This document shows, one piece after another, positions 11,044 to 22,723 of a DNA stretch of 64,000 bases (position 1 is its first letter; every line of letters begins with the position of its first letter). Below the pieces are notes generated by a model that did no database searches, was not told where the DNA came from, and was given only the letters and a program-made list of their open reading frames with translations. A program made the translations under genes and the position numbers. This stretch comes from Basidiobolus meristosporus CBS 931.73 (taxonomy: Eukaryota; Fungi; Basidiobolomycota), in the NCBI GenBank assembly GCA_002104905.1, contig MCFE01000180.1, positions 1 to 64,000 on the forward strand. Direction: 5' to 3'.

Positions 11044-12855
11044 CTATTTGATGATCACTCCCGACTGATAATCATTGAACCAAAACTCCTCTTTGGAGAT
11101 GGTCATGCCTACCTCACACTCTTTGGTGCTAACTCTCACTCCTAACATGGGGTGAATCGGGAGGTCAATCTTGACGGGGAATCCGCTGGGAACCTCCCCA
11201 TCCTTGTGCACAACGTTGCATAACCTTGCGAATCCAGCCCAATCCAAGATCCCTCCTCCGAACAAATACTCCAGGACGGGCGCGATCTGGCTCAGAGAGA
11301 TGGGGAATCCGTTGTTGCCGCTGCTCAGGTTTTTGCTCTTGCTACCACCATTGGGTTGCGCCCAGCAAACCTTTATCGCCTGTTTACACTCGAATTTGAA
11401 CATTTGGGTGCTGACCTTGGCTTTGGAGAAGGAGATGGCCCCGGTGTTGCTCTCGTCGAAGTAGTCCTCGTAGTTGTCCGCCGCCGCTACTGGCATCAAT
11501 TCCTGCTCGGTGGAGTGCTCCTCTCCTAGTTGGTCCATGTTCACCTCATCCCAAGCCACCGATTGCCGTTTGCTTGCCATGTCTGACTTCTCGTTGCGCT
11601 TGAGGAACTTCAGTCTCGACCCCGACGACTTACCGTTTGAGTGAGTGCTATTTGTGTCATCATCGGAGTCCGACCCTAGGTCACTGTCCGAGTCTAGTGC
11701 TTCCTGAGGAGTCGTCTCTCCGTTAGGATGGTGAACAGTGCCCCCCAGATCATCGGAGAGCAGGGTGTCTAATCCGCTGAATCCTAATGAGCGAAGCTTA
11801 CTCAGAAGGGCATTGGAAGAGACTCGGACAGTGCGGCCATTGGGACTGGTCCACAGGTTTTCCACCAACTCGCGGACCAAAATGGATATGGAGACATCTT
11901 TGATCTTGTAGATGGTGGAGCCGTTCTTTCTCTTCAACAAGGATAGCTTGGTCTTCGACTCGCTTTGTTGCTTGATGGAAACATTCTGCAATGGCAGCCA
12001 CCACTTGACCATGGGTGAGCGCAGATAGTTCGCCACCAGATCGTTGATCAGGAACTCGGTCGGGTTCGGGTAGATCTCCTGAAGGCATTCCCGCTCATGG
12101 TCTACGATGAGTACCGTGGGCGGAAGTGGAAATGCTTGCGGGATATTTGGGTCGTCGGCACGCAAGATCAAGCTGAACCTACTCTGGTTGCTTTTCTTGA
12201 GGAACTGTCGACGTTTTTGGATCACATCGTTGGTCCTGTCGTCCTGTTGGTTAAACCCCCCGCTCAGCTGCATCGTTGTCTCCCCGAAATCCAACCTAAA
12301 AAACGACCCCTTCTTACGGATCCTTATGGCATCTCTGGGTAGGGCATGCCTGGCCAACATGTTGGACAGACGACTGGTGAACTTCCAGTGTAGCGTCATG
12401 TCCAGTGTCTCCCCCAAACGCTGATTCAGCAAGGCTAGCGGACCTCCCTCTGGTGGCGAGCTGGTCGCATATGTACACCCGTTCATCTGAGATGCGCCTG
12501 TGCTTCCTGGGTTCGCCAATGTGGGTGGGGCACACCAGTCTCTGGTTTGCTGTTCAATGGATTTTAGCATGATTTTCTTGACTAGGTCCCGATTCTGGAG
12601 TGCAACCGCATCATCTAATGGACTCCAGGACGGTATGCCGTTCCGATCTTTACGATGGCCAACACAGTCCGCTCCTCGGTCCAGCAAGAGGTGAGCGACT
12701 TCTGTGTGTCCCAAGAGCAAGGATAGTTGGAGTGGGGTGTTTCCGTGGTGGTCTCTTTGGTTGATTTCATTGTAAAGGGTGCCGCCTAGGGCGTTTTCCA
12801 GACCGCTTAGGTCGTTCTGGAAAACGAATCTATGTAAGGAATATTTCAACTGCAT
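11044..12855 (-). CDS. Ankyrin repeat domain protein 13-like (ANK repeats plus GPCR-chaperone domain), 603 aa
   Basis: Ankyrin repeats LHRFVFQND, GNTPLQLSLLLGHTEVAHLLLDRGAD and WSPLDDAV. ANKRD13-type segments LHWKFTS..PRDAIRIRKKGSFFRLD, FPISL and PSGFPVKIDLP. Start codon uncertain. Confidence 0.82.
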   Translation of the reverse strand: MQLKYSLHRFVFQNDLSGLENALGGTLYNEINQRDHHGNTPLQLSLLLGHTEVAHLLLDRGADCVGHRKDRNGIPSWSPLDDAVALQNRDLVKKIMLKSIEQQTRDWCAPPTLANPGSTGASQMNGCTYATSSPPEGGPLALLNQRLGETLDMTLHWKFTSRLSNMLARHALPRDAIRIRKKGSFFRLDFGETTMQLSGGFNQQDDRTNDVIQKRRQFLKKSNQSRFSLILRADDPNIPQAFPLPPTVLIVDHERECLQEIYPNPTEFLINDLVANYLRSPMVKWWLPLQNVSIKQQSESKTKLSLLKRKNGSTIYKIKDVSISILVRELVENLWTSPNGRTVRVSSNALLSKLRSLGFSGLDTLLSDDLGGTVHHPNGETTPQEALDSDSDLGSDSDDDTNSTHSNGKSSGSRLKFLKRNEKSDMASKRQSVAWDEVNMDQLGEEHSTEQELMPVAAADNYEDYFDESNTGAISFSKAKVSTQMFKFECKQAIKVCWAQPNGGSKSKNLSSGNNGFPISLSQIAPVLEYLFGGGILDWAGFARLCNVVHKDGEVPSGFPVKIDLPIHPMLGVRVSTKECEVGMTISKEEFWFNDYQSGVIIK

Positions 12856-15800
12856 TCTCAAGTCGTTGGCTATATTTCAAGTGGGCCTTGACCGGACGCT
12901 TTTGGGCTTGGCGGTTTTCTTGGGATTCAAGAAGGAAGTTGATGGAGTCGGTTCAAACACTCTTTTGTTTATCTTCTTCACTCCACTGTTGGATAGACAG
13001 GGTTCCTTTGGCTGGAGCCTTGTGAAGCGGTTGAAGCGTTGGTTTGAGTGGTGCGAAAGGTTGGGAGAGGGCTGCTGCCTACTGTAACCTAGTAAGTAAG
13101 GAGGAAATCACGGACGCTTCGCCTACTTGAAAGATTCTCAACTGAAGGCCAAAAAGAAACCGAAGCTAAGTTAGAAGAAATTCACTTGTGTGGTAGAGGT
13201 GCGTCTAGATGTCCAAGGTTCTGAGAACCTAGCTTAGATACTTTAAGTAAATGCACCTCATGTGTAGCAGTCGTAGCCAATCACCGACGGATCCAGTGAA
13301 TACCTGATCTAATCCTCTGAGCTCAGATGGTTTCTCCATAATTACTGAGGTACCACCACCATGACATAAACTCGACAAATCCGAGAACCGATTCAAAATT
13401 ATGCATTGTGGCCTATGTTAGGGGACTTTATCCTTGTGCTGCTTGATGCTTAACCTGACCAATCCCCAGGGTCAACCTCGATGCTGCTTTGGGTAGGTTG
13501 GGTTATTTCGGGCATTCGTTTTTGGTAGTGCTTTATCCCAATATGGATTCATGCTCGAACCCAGGTGTGATCTCAGGTCAGGATCCCCATATGATCTGCT
13601 CATCAGCCTCAGCACCACTCTCAGCAAGTACTAGATCCCTCCTAATCTAACTTGAAACGCACCTTATACTACAGTAATAAAATTCCAGCGCTGATATTGG
13701 TGCCGGGGAAGATGTGTTTCCCAAGTGTCACAGTGATGCGAATGTTTGTTTCGCGAGGAGCGGACACAACATCAGTGTTGTGTATCGAGGCGACTGCGAT
13801 GCGCCCCCCAAAATGGTAAAAATCCTCCAAAGGGGAGCGCTAGCACCTGGGTGCTGCGAGATCCAATCTTGGTGCATGCTCGGTGCAGGGATGGTCAGCA
13901 ATCGCCAGTGTGCTAAGAACATCCACGGCTAGTGCCCGGTTTCTCCATCAACCTGGCCTTATGTATTACCATTAATTCTATGCCTGATATGCTCCTTAAT
14001 CCTCCCTCCATCTAGAATGGACACCACACATCACTTCGCCTGCAAAATCACCAGCGCTGTTGTGCTGCAGTCATTGCCAAATCCAGCCGTCGTAAAATGA
14101 ATCCGTTGCCAAATGCAGTCGAATTGCCATTTCCGGTGAGGAACTGATTAGACAAGCTCACCTCATCACGAAGTGACTCACCCTCCCTGGTCAGAATCTT
14201 TCTAGCAAATGGGACGGGTTCCTAGAAACGAGGGCCAGGCCCCAGATACATTCTCCCGGGCTTGACCGCCAAACCCTCTGCCCACTTGACACCATGGCCA
14301 CCTAGACCGAGCGAAGCATCCCTCTCGATAGGAGCATCCGCACGCTCGCCATATACGACCATATGGGTGCAACATCAGACGCATCTGGTCAGTGTACAGC
14401 CGACGCACCAATGCGACCACGATGAACACATCATATAGGGACAAAATCAGGCGAACGTTTGACCAAAGCTCGATCGTTACGGAGATACCCGTCCATTTAG
14501 CATCTCAGCATCAGATCTCCACCCGCCTATCCTAGGAACCATTCCGAAACCATTAAATTGCCGATTCCTCTGCGTCCCCAGCCTCCACCTCCTCCCCCTC
14601 TCGGATCAACCAAGATGGGACGGTCAGGTTTTCGGGTGGTTTTAGCAGGCTTTTCTGCATCCAGCGACGTCCTTGGCAAGCACCAATAAGTCTCGAGAAA
14701 TCTGCCCTCCAGTGTACACCCCAGATCACATCCCCTATTTCCCTTGTGATACCCATTGGCATCTTCCCAAACCGCTCAGCCATGAGGGAATTCGGCCGGC
14801 GGTCTTGACGATGCGCGCAACACCATCCCTGCGATACGGCCAACCTCAGTGCCACGGACGTCTTGCCGAGCAGCACTGCCATACAGCACAGCTGGCTTCC
14901 TCTCGCAAGCATTCCAACCTGGCATGATCCTCGGATCCCAGGCCGGGATCGCTCTGCATAAGACATCGACGTGCACACCTCCTAGAATGGTCAGAGTTGG
15001 AGCGGTTTCGGTTTTGGTGACAGGAAGGCCTAATTCCCCCTTGGATCCGGTGGCACAGATAAATGGCTTGCCCTGGGCTATTGGTGGAAGCATTTTTGGC
15101 TGCTGGGTAGGATAGCGCCAGAGGTAGTGGTGGTGAATTCCGAGGGTGCCATCACCCCTGGTGACAGGCCGATGACGTCAGCGACCGACCCAGCAGATCC
15201 AAAAGAGTCGGGATTCGTTCTGGGATTCGGAGGGGCCATCTTTTGGAGATAGGTGCCCTTTGTCCCTCGCTTTGGGTACTTGGATGCAAAGGTATCATGC
15301 ATGTACATAGGCCATCTGTGGTGGGGGCACTGACTTGCGTGGAGGCGGTGATGTTGCTGCTGATCAGTGGATCCACGACTCGCATATGGATCTGCACAAC
15401 AATCCCGCAGCGGTCGCGAGGTACTGAGGTGATCTCGAGCCAAACGTTGGCAGGGGAAACCCGGGACTGGCTCTCGTGGACGGCAATCCGTATCCAGCGA
15501 TCCGCAGAACTACTATTCCAAGATAGGCTAACGGCTACAAGATTTCGCTTGGGAACGGTGTAGTCCGGAAGCGGTGGTGATCATGGTGAGGGGCGATTTC
15601 CAGCTCGTGGCACTTGGGCAACCATCCAGACCGGTTAATCTGATCCATGTTTCATTAACGTGCCCCCGACACCCATCACACTAAGCTAAATGGCATCTTG
15701 AGCGTGCTTGGATAGAGACGCTTGCTAGACATTCCGTCACCAGTCCCTAACCGGTGCTCTCCATTAAGGTTAGATTCGCCAATCCGTGGGTTGGACTTGG

Positions 15801-18800
15801 CGCAGCTAACCTCGCGAACACTTTTGCCGAAACGGACCACTGCTGTGGGAGTATACCAATCATAAGATCTGGTCAAGTGAAGCAGCTCGGTCTTATTATA
15901 GACCGGGCCGTAGCATTTTTCCCAGTTGGACTCCCGTGGCGAGGTTGGGTTTCGGCGCACACCCGCAGGGTTCTAGAGCAGCTGCCATCCGAGTTCCCTT
16001 GGCACAGGTCAACCTGCCATCCATGTAAACCCGTCTCTGTGCCTGGCACGCCAAATGTTATTTGTGCGATGCGTCGGCACACTCCTTAGACCTGGCTTGT
16101 TTCCTGATTTGATCCAGAAGTCCTTAGGCTGCTGTGCGATGGGTGTGGCGTGAATGCCGTGCTGCTTGCTGTGGCAGATGAATGAGGGGGTGAAATCTCT
16201 CGGCAACTGTGGTCCAACTTGGTGTTGAATCTGGAATCTGTCGATAATGGTACACCGCAACTCACATTCTCTACTGGGCTTTGCCAACATCTTGAAGCGC
16301 TCCATCCCTATTTCGATTGGCATTGGTGTGATTGGTGGTAAAATACAGACGGGTGCATCGCCCCGATTTCCAAACCCCTCATCCTCTACAAGGGCCTTTC
16401 GGCAGCTGGTATCGTTCCGTGAATATCGAGCGGTCCAACTCATCCGGTCTCACCGGGGGTTGGCAATATGCTTCATGCGAGCCATCAAGGCTTCTATGGA
16501 ACCGTCGGGCGTAAATTGCTGCCCACCGTTAGTCCACCCGAATTTCCAACCTCCAGAGCGCGCCTTTAGTCTCCTGGCTTGGAGCCACCATTTTGTACTG
16601 TCTTCGGACGGTTCGTCAGGATTCCGGGGGCGTGAATGGATGCGGATTTCCGGGGTTTGGACCTCCGCCAAATCCGGTCGACATCCTCGAGTGCAACCTC
16701 ATCGCATGCGAAGCAATCATTGTTGAGGATGGTAGGTAGCCAGACAAGTACTGAGTCGTGGGCGGTTGTGTTCGCCTTCCTCGGTCACCTCGAAGATGCC
16801 ACCAAGAGAATTATGCACATCGACTCCAGTCACCTCGTCACTGGCGAACAAATGATATGGAGAGTCAGCCGAGGTATCAACGGCGAACGACGGGAGCCTC
16901 GCTAGTTTGGCCCAAAAAGGAACATTCAGGTTTCATGCATCCCAATGCAATGCTCTTTTATTACATCTCCATGGTGTCTTGGAAGATCTGATATTTGATG
17001 GATCTAGTGGGGGGGGGTCTTCGCAAGTCAACACGAGATGAAGGATTCCTGTGCTATCCAGGATGCATATGTGATTACTGTTGGATGCGACTATCCATCA
17101 GGGATATGACATCACAATTGACCATCAAAAGGGCAACCTCGACTGTTGCGTGGAGGGGGAGTGACTCACTTTCCGATTGCCGTGCATGGGGACCTGCACA
17201 TTAACGTGGTCGACAGCTGAAAAAAGATCTTCCAAGTTAGAAGCGGCTGAGACCAGTGATAGGTTGGCTACAACCCGCAGGGTAGAGTCCGGCAGGCAGA
17301 CATAAGAAGCAGGCATGTAAATCAGTGGGCCACTGAAAATAGGTAGAAGCCAGGCAGAATATACATTATTCCGGTTACTGCTAGCTACACAGTCCACCAG
17401 AGTGAAACTGTATCAATCTAGCTGGGAGGTTGCATTTCATCCCTGTAAGTTCCTCTCTTCTTGGCTTGTTTCCCCGGCCCTGGAGTAACTTAACTCTCTA
17501 GGTCGATCATTTCATCTCTTATCGGCCTTTTCTTTCCGATCGCCTAATCTAGCATCAAGGAAATGGAATATTTCCGTCCTAGCTATCCTCTGATGGATCA
17601 TTCTTCATATACCCATAAACTCTGGCTATCCCAACATTCTTGGAACCTCCCCTTTCATTTGCTCCAACTGTTGGGCCTGTTCACCAACCCCTTTACTGCT
17701 CCGTTTTCAGCAGAGGCGAGGATGTGGCATTTTCAATTGCAGTGGTTATGCCAAGGAAGAAAGGCTCATGATAGTGCATGGTAATCACTATCTTCCCGGG
17801 TCTAAATTCCTTGTGGACCCCTTGAATGTTAGACAAATGCGGCCCAGAATCCAACCTGGATTTGGTTGCAAATAGCTGGGTGCCAAGCTAGTGATTCGTG
17901 TATTTAGATGCGGTACTTTCTTTATTGGGAAATCCACGACTTGAAATATTATGGCCACCAATTCTTCAAAACAGTGGATATACTGTAATATACAAAGCCT
18001 TTCAACCACCCCCATACAACTCCAAACGCTGGGTACCACTTCTGGGCTATTATCCTCGAAGCAGATGTGTCATTGCCATTACAAAGGTCTGCCGGCTAAA
18101 AATTTCACTTTTATATATTTTAAATTGCTTCCAGTTCCTTACTACCACCTGAGCAACCTAAGAGTCCTAGGCTATCATTGAAGGGCTTGTCTGGCATATC
18201 TATTAAGTTCAGAAGTTTGTATGGATGCGGATATGTTGGTAGTGACCAAGTGAATTTGTTGATAACAAGATTCCAACTTCATCATATACTGGATGTAAAA
18301 GTCCAATTCATACTATTGCAAGGTCTAGGTAGCAAAAGCATATATACCATCTCTTGGAGGGAGTTGAGAGCATGCTTTCCAAGTATGAAGGTGCTTAGAC
18401 TGCCTTGAGAGTTTGCATATCTTAGGCACTTGACATATTGGTGAAATTAGTGGTGTACTGATTTGCTTAATATGCATACATATGTACCAGTGCAAAATTA
18501 AGATGCATGGTAGGTTGGAAAATAATGGCACAGTAAAAGATAAATCACAAGTTAGTACCTTGCCACTGGTTCAACAGCCTGTCCAGAAGGTCACTTAAGG
18601 CCTGTAGTTTCCAGTATAAGATAAGGGGAAGTAAAAGTTAGGTCCTGTAAAGCCATAATATCAGGAAAAGCTTGAAATGGAATCAATGCTGCCAGCTGGG
18701 ACTAGATAACCCCTTTCATGTATGACCCAGAGTTTTACAACATAACTACAAGTATTACAGTCAATATCATTGTCAATTAACCACATCATAAGCTTGCAAG

Positions 18801-18889
18801 TCTAGTGCATTATTAGGCACTGTTAGAAATAGTCATGGAGAGACAGAAGTGTGAGAAAAAAGCCATAGTTCTCACAAATTAATGCAGTC

Positions 18890-19750
18890 ACCCTAGAACA
18901 TCCAGAGCCTCATGATATCCAAGACAAATTAAAAGTAAGACAACAAGTGTTCTCACCAGAGTATGAAGTACAGCCAGTTGGGCTACCTTCCAGTGAGGCT
19001 GATGAGGGGGATTACCACAGTCCCTACAGTAGAGTTTTGGAACAGAAATAGGCACACCAAGAGGTTGCAGCACCTCTCCAAGAGGAGTACTCAAAAATCA
19101 CATTTGCATACTACAAGGCTATATTCCAAAGACTGGCAAATGGGGTGCTAGATCTTGCAGTGTCATCAGAGAACCAGGATATATGGGAGCCAATGAACAA
19201 GAAATGGGATAAAGCCAAAAGGTTCCACAAAAGTCATGGACAAAGGGTGTCATAGCAGACACACTAATTGAATGGTGGCTTTTAATGGAGTTACTTGCTA
19301 GGTGTGAGGTAGGGCTCAACGTTGGTGGTGCATATAGGGACTAGAATTGATCAGTAGTATCTTCAATTGAGCTACAAATGAAAGTTCAACAGAAAGATAC
19401 TAATGCAGATGAAAGAAAGTTATAGTACTGGCCAAGTCAGCAAGTAAGCAGTGTGCAATAGAGGCAATAGTCAATCAATGTACATAAGCATACAAGGTGA
19501 TAGTGTGTCTAGGGCTGGAAAGTGAGAGAAGTATCCAAGAACCAATCAAAAGCAACATAATGACTGTTGTGATGAAACATTTTGACCAAGTTTTTGGTGG
19601 AATCTGTAGTGCAATTTTTTCCAACAATATCACAATATCATCAATGCCTCTTAATCATGAGATTTAAATATCACAGAGCTTGACAGGATCATTAAATAAA
19701 TTTTCTTTAGGCTCAATCTCTGGTATGATGCCCAATCTCACTACACTTGG
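18890..19750 (+). pseudogene. Decayed copy of the CACTA-associated accessory ORF (C-terminal part)
   Basis: Colinear with about 26040-26970, e.g. VEFWNRNRHTKRLQH versus VEFWNINRHTKRLQH. Many stops. Confidence 0.7.
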
Positions 19751-20949
19751 CTCCAGCATGAGAAATCTGATCTCCATCAAGCTGTATATTTCTTTGATTA
19801 TTTTGAAATGGAATAGTAGAGAAATTTAGACATAAACCTTAGTCTTGGAAAAGCATTCTTAGACATATTGCGTATTTAGTAGCCTCACAGTCTGTCATAT
19901 GCTCAGCCACTGTGGTGGTAAGTGCTAATACAGTGAAAGTTTTGCAATTACACCAGGATAATTACCTGACACAATTGCTTAGAGCATTGGCAATATATCT
20001 TAGAGAACTTTGTCCAAATGACTTATTGGATTTATGTGGATTATTTTCACAAAAATATTAGGTATCCCAAAATTAGAAGCTGCAGAGTGGCCCAAACAGC
20101 CCCAGACTTTACACACATGATCCAGAGATCTTCCTGGACATACTCTACATACATGTGTGGCCAAGACAATGTAAAAGTATAGATATTATATTTCCATTCA
20201 ATAAATTCATAGTTGAACACCACATACACTACTCTTTCTGCTAATCAATTTCCCCTATGAAAAATGATTTGGTCTAGCAGGTGTATCCAATGCAGCTCAG
20301 CCATTGGGATCCTGCAAGGGGGTGGTCATTCTGCCAGCAGCTTAGAATTAATGACCCACTACTCAATCTTGTGATGGGAATGTAATGGTGTTTTGCTGAT
20401 TTTACTGTAAAATAAAGTTAAAAACTTGACAGTATTTAAGCAGTCTTTTGACAAGAGTTGCATGGAATTGGAATGGTCTTCATGCACACTACATATATTT
20501 GAGTAGATCTAACTGGCCAATACATCCAGCAGTCTTTTATGGAGAGAAACTTGAGGGTGTTCTGACAGCCTCATTGCAGGCCTCCAATGGCATTATTACA
20601 GCAGTACAGCAACCTACAGCAACCATCAACTAGTACTGTATAATTCTACCATACCAATTTACCATATAGTACTTCCTTTTTCTACCTCCCCTTTCCCTGT
20701 TTATATTTTCACTGTAGAATCAACCCTGTTTATTTGATTGCCTACTACTACCTTGACTATTCCACATAAATTTTGAATCATAATAATATATGGCCTCCTG
20801 CTTACCAACTTCAACATACCCACACACCTGTCACAATTGGCCAACTTCTATCACCTTGACTTTATGGCTCTTTAGTTTGATACTTGGAAAGTTGTCATAT
20901 ACCTTATATTGCTGTCAGCATATACATCTTGCAAGCATATGCTTAGTTG

Positions 20950-21655
20950 CCACCACTTTTTCCATGAATATCTCCTGAATATATGTAAAGAACTTCTGTA
21001 TATTTAGCCATTTTACATCATCTACCTGCTGAATTTCAGTCCATCTGATAGGTGTGTTCTGGCACTTGTTTGGGTGAGTGCTGTATTGAATGATGTAGAA
21101 ACTGGCTTGTGACCAAGAGCAACCCATCATACTTTGGTAGGGTTGTCCTGATAAAAAATAGTTGCTTGCTGTGCCCATCCCAACTTTGCATCACTTAACT
21201 GATCACCCACACATTAGGGCTCCTAGCTTCTTAATGTCATAGGTGTAGGAGTCTCCATGTGCACCTCTGTTCTCAGCATTTTCCAACTCTTCCTGGCTGT
21301 CCTCCCTGTGCCAGCTCATCACATCCATGACAGACATGAAGGTAATATTCTTGATGAGATTGGGATATGGTAGTACCTGCAACTTGACTTGTCTCCCTAT
21401 ATCCTCACATGTCTGCTCCATAGGAAACTCCAAAAGGTAAGCAAGGTTCAATATTCTCAACACACCAAGCAAGATTGAGTAGCAAATAGATACAGTAGCA
21501 GCAGAGATATATGCATTCAGCTTTATGTTTGTAGTATAGCCGCTATGTTGCCACTTCTGCCATGAATACCTCCTGAATATCGGCAAAGAACTTCTTGGTA
21601 TTTAGCCAGTATATTCCTTCTCCTTGCTGGATTCTAGTCCCCCTAATTGGTGCGC
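20950..21655 (-). pseudogene. CACTA transposase 3' fragments (tandem partial duplication)
   Basis: EFPMEQTCEDIGRQVKLQVLPYPNL repeats the 22865-23134 segment (DUF4218-like W.FPMER.CG motif). Confidence 0.75.
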
Positions 21656-22723
21656 TGTGGTGGTGTATAGGTCAAAGGGAGAGATACGTCCAACACTTCT
21701 CAAGTGTTTTGTGTGTGGGGTGTTCACTGGGTGCAATAACCTCTGGCAAAAGCTTGCTAGGAATACTTGGGTTCTGTCTCTAATCTAATGTGAAGGGGAA
21801 TAAAGCCACAAGCTTGTCAAGGGAAAACTATTCAGCTACAATCCCCAACTAAGTTGGCGTCTTAACAAAAGTATGTGCTGGGTTCAGCATCCTTTGAGAT
21901 GACAATGTACTAAAGCTTCCAAAGTCAAAGCAACTGTAAACTCCACCAGCAGGGACTTGATAAGAATGCAGCTGTGGTTAATAGTTACAAAGACAGAAAA
22001 GTATCTTTGCCTGTACAAGAACAAACTTGGGAAAGAATCAAATATAATAAAAGATACCTACTCTGGGTATTCCTCATAAGTAGTGCCTCCAAGGTCAGTT
22101 GGCTGTCAGCACAGTTTCCTGGGAGTTTCCTGTGGTCTAGGGTTGGAAGTTCAGGTAGCAGCAGGTAGCAGTGATCACACTAATCAACAAGTTGGAATAT
22201 TGATAAAAGGGATGATGATTTATTGTTGAAGGATAGCCTCCCTTATATACTTTTCTCACTTGCTAAGTGATTACTAATCATGGTGTTCCAGAAGGTTCTG
22301 GATATCAATAGAAATCTTAATGACATCAGAATGACCTAAGAATGTTCTAAGTATGTGCTGGAAGGTTCCAAGAGGCACAGCACATCCAACTATCAGGATC
22401 AGTATTCTGAAACCTGTGTAACATAGGGATACCATATAGGGTATGGAAATAGTAGTGATGGTGACATAGGTTGATCATGTGTCACGGGTACTGGTGCGGG
22501 TACTTGCCTAATATAGAAGCACTTATAGCTAGTAATCTTACATAAAGTGGGAGTAACCTATGCAATAAGGTAAGCAGGTGTGATAGTCCACTGGCTTATG
22601 GGATAGTACTGATTGGGTAAGACAAATGGGATAAAACTAAAATAAGTATAGTAGGGATATAGGGAAGTAGAAAATAAGGGAATGAGCACATCTGTCAGTG
22701 GGTGTCACTGTCACCCCACTACA
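21656..22723. mobile_element. 1068-bp TG..CA element (family C, probable long solo LTR)
   Basis: Termini TGTGGTGG..CCACTACA. Flanks GCGC/GCAC (4-bp TSD with one CpG-type change). Interrupts CACTA sequence. Inverted homologue at 31171-32242. Confidence 0.8.

Noticed and set aside
5919-12694. Antisense and alternative-frame ORFs overlapping the lipase, GPCR and ANKRD13 genes
   Set aside because: Typical shadow ORFs of GC-rich coding sequence.
15560-15960. LINE-like words VVIMVRGDF, QVKQLGLIID and (opposite strand) NKTELLHLTR; also a DIRS-like reading of 14.5-15.1 kb
   Set aside because: Motifs lie on opposite strands or at impossible spacing, and there is no YxDD or recombinase motif.
20200-20700. 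CACTA-like pentamers as possible element termini
   Set aside because: No matching inverted partner or 3-bp TSD identified.
21974-22168. Recurrent short ORFs in family C copies (MVNSYKDRK.., 29980-30174, 31711-31941)
   Set aside because: Short, non-ATG, and present on both strands of the same repeat.
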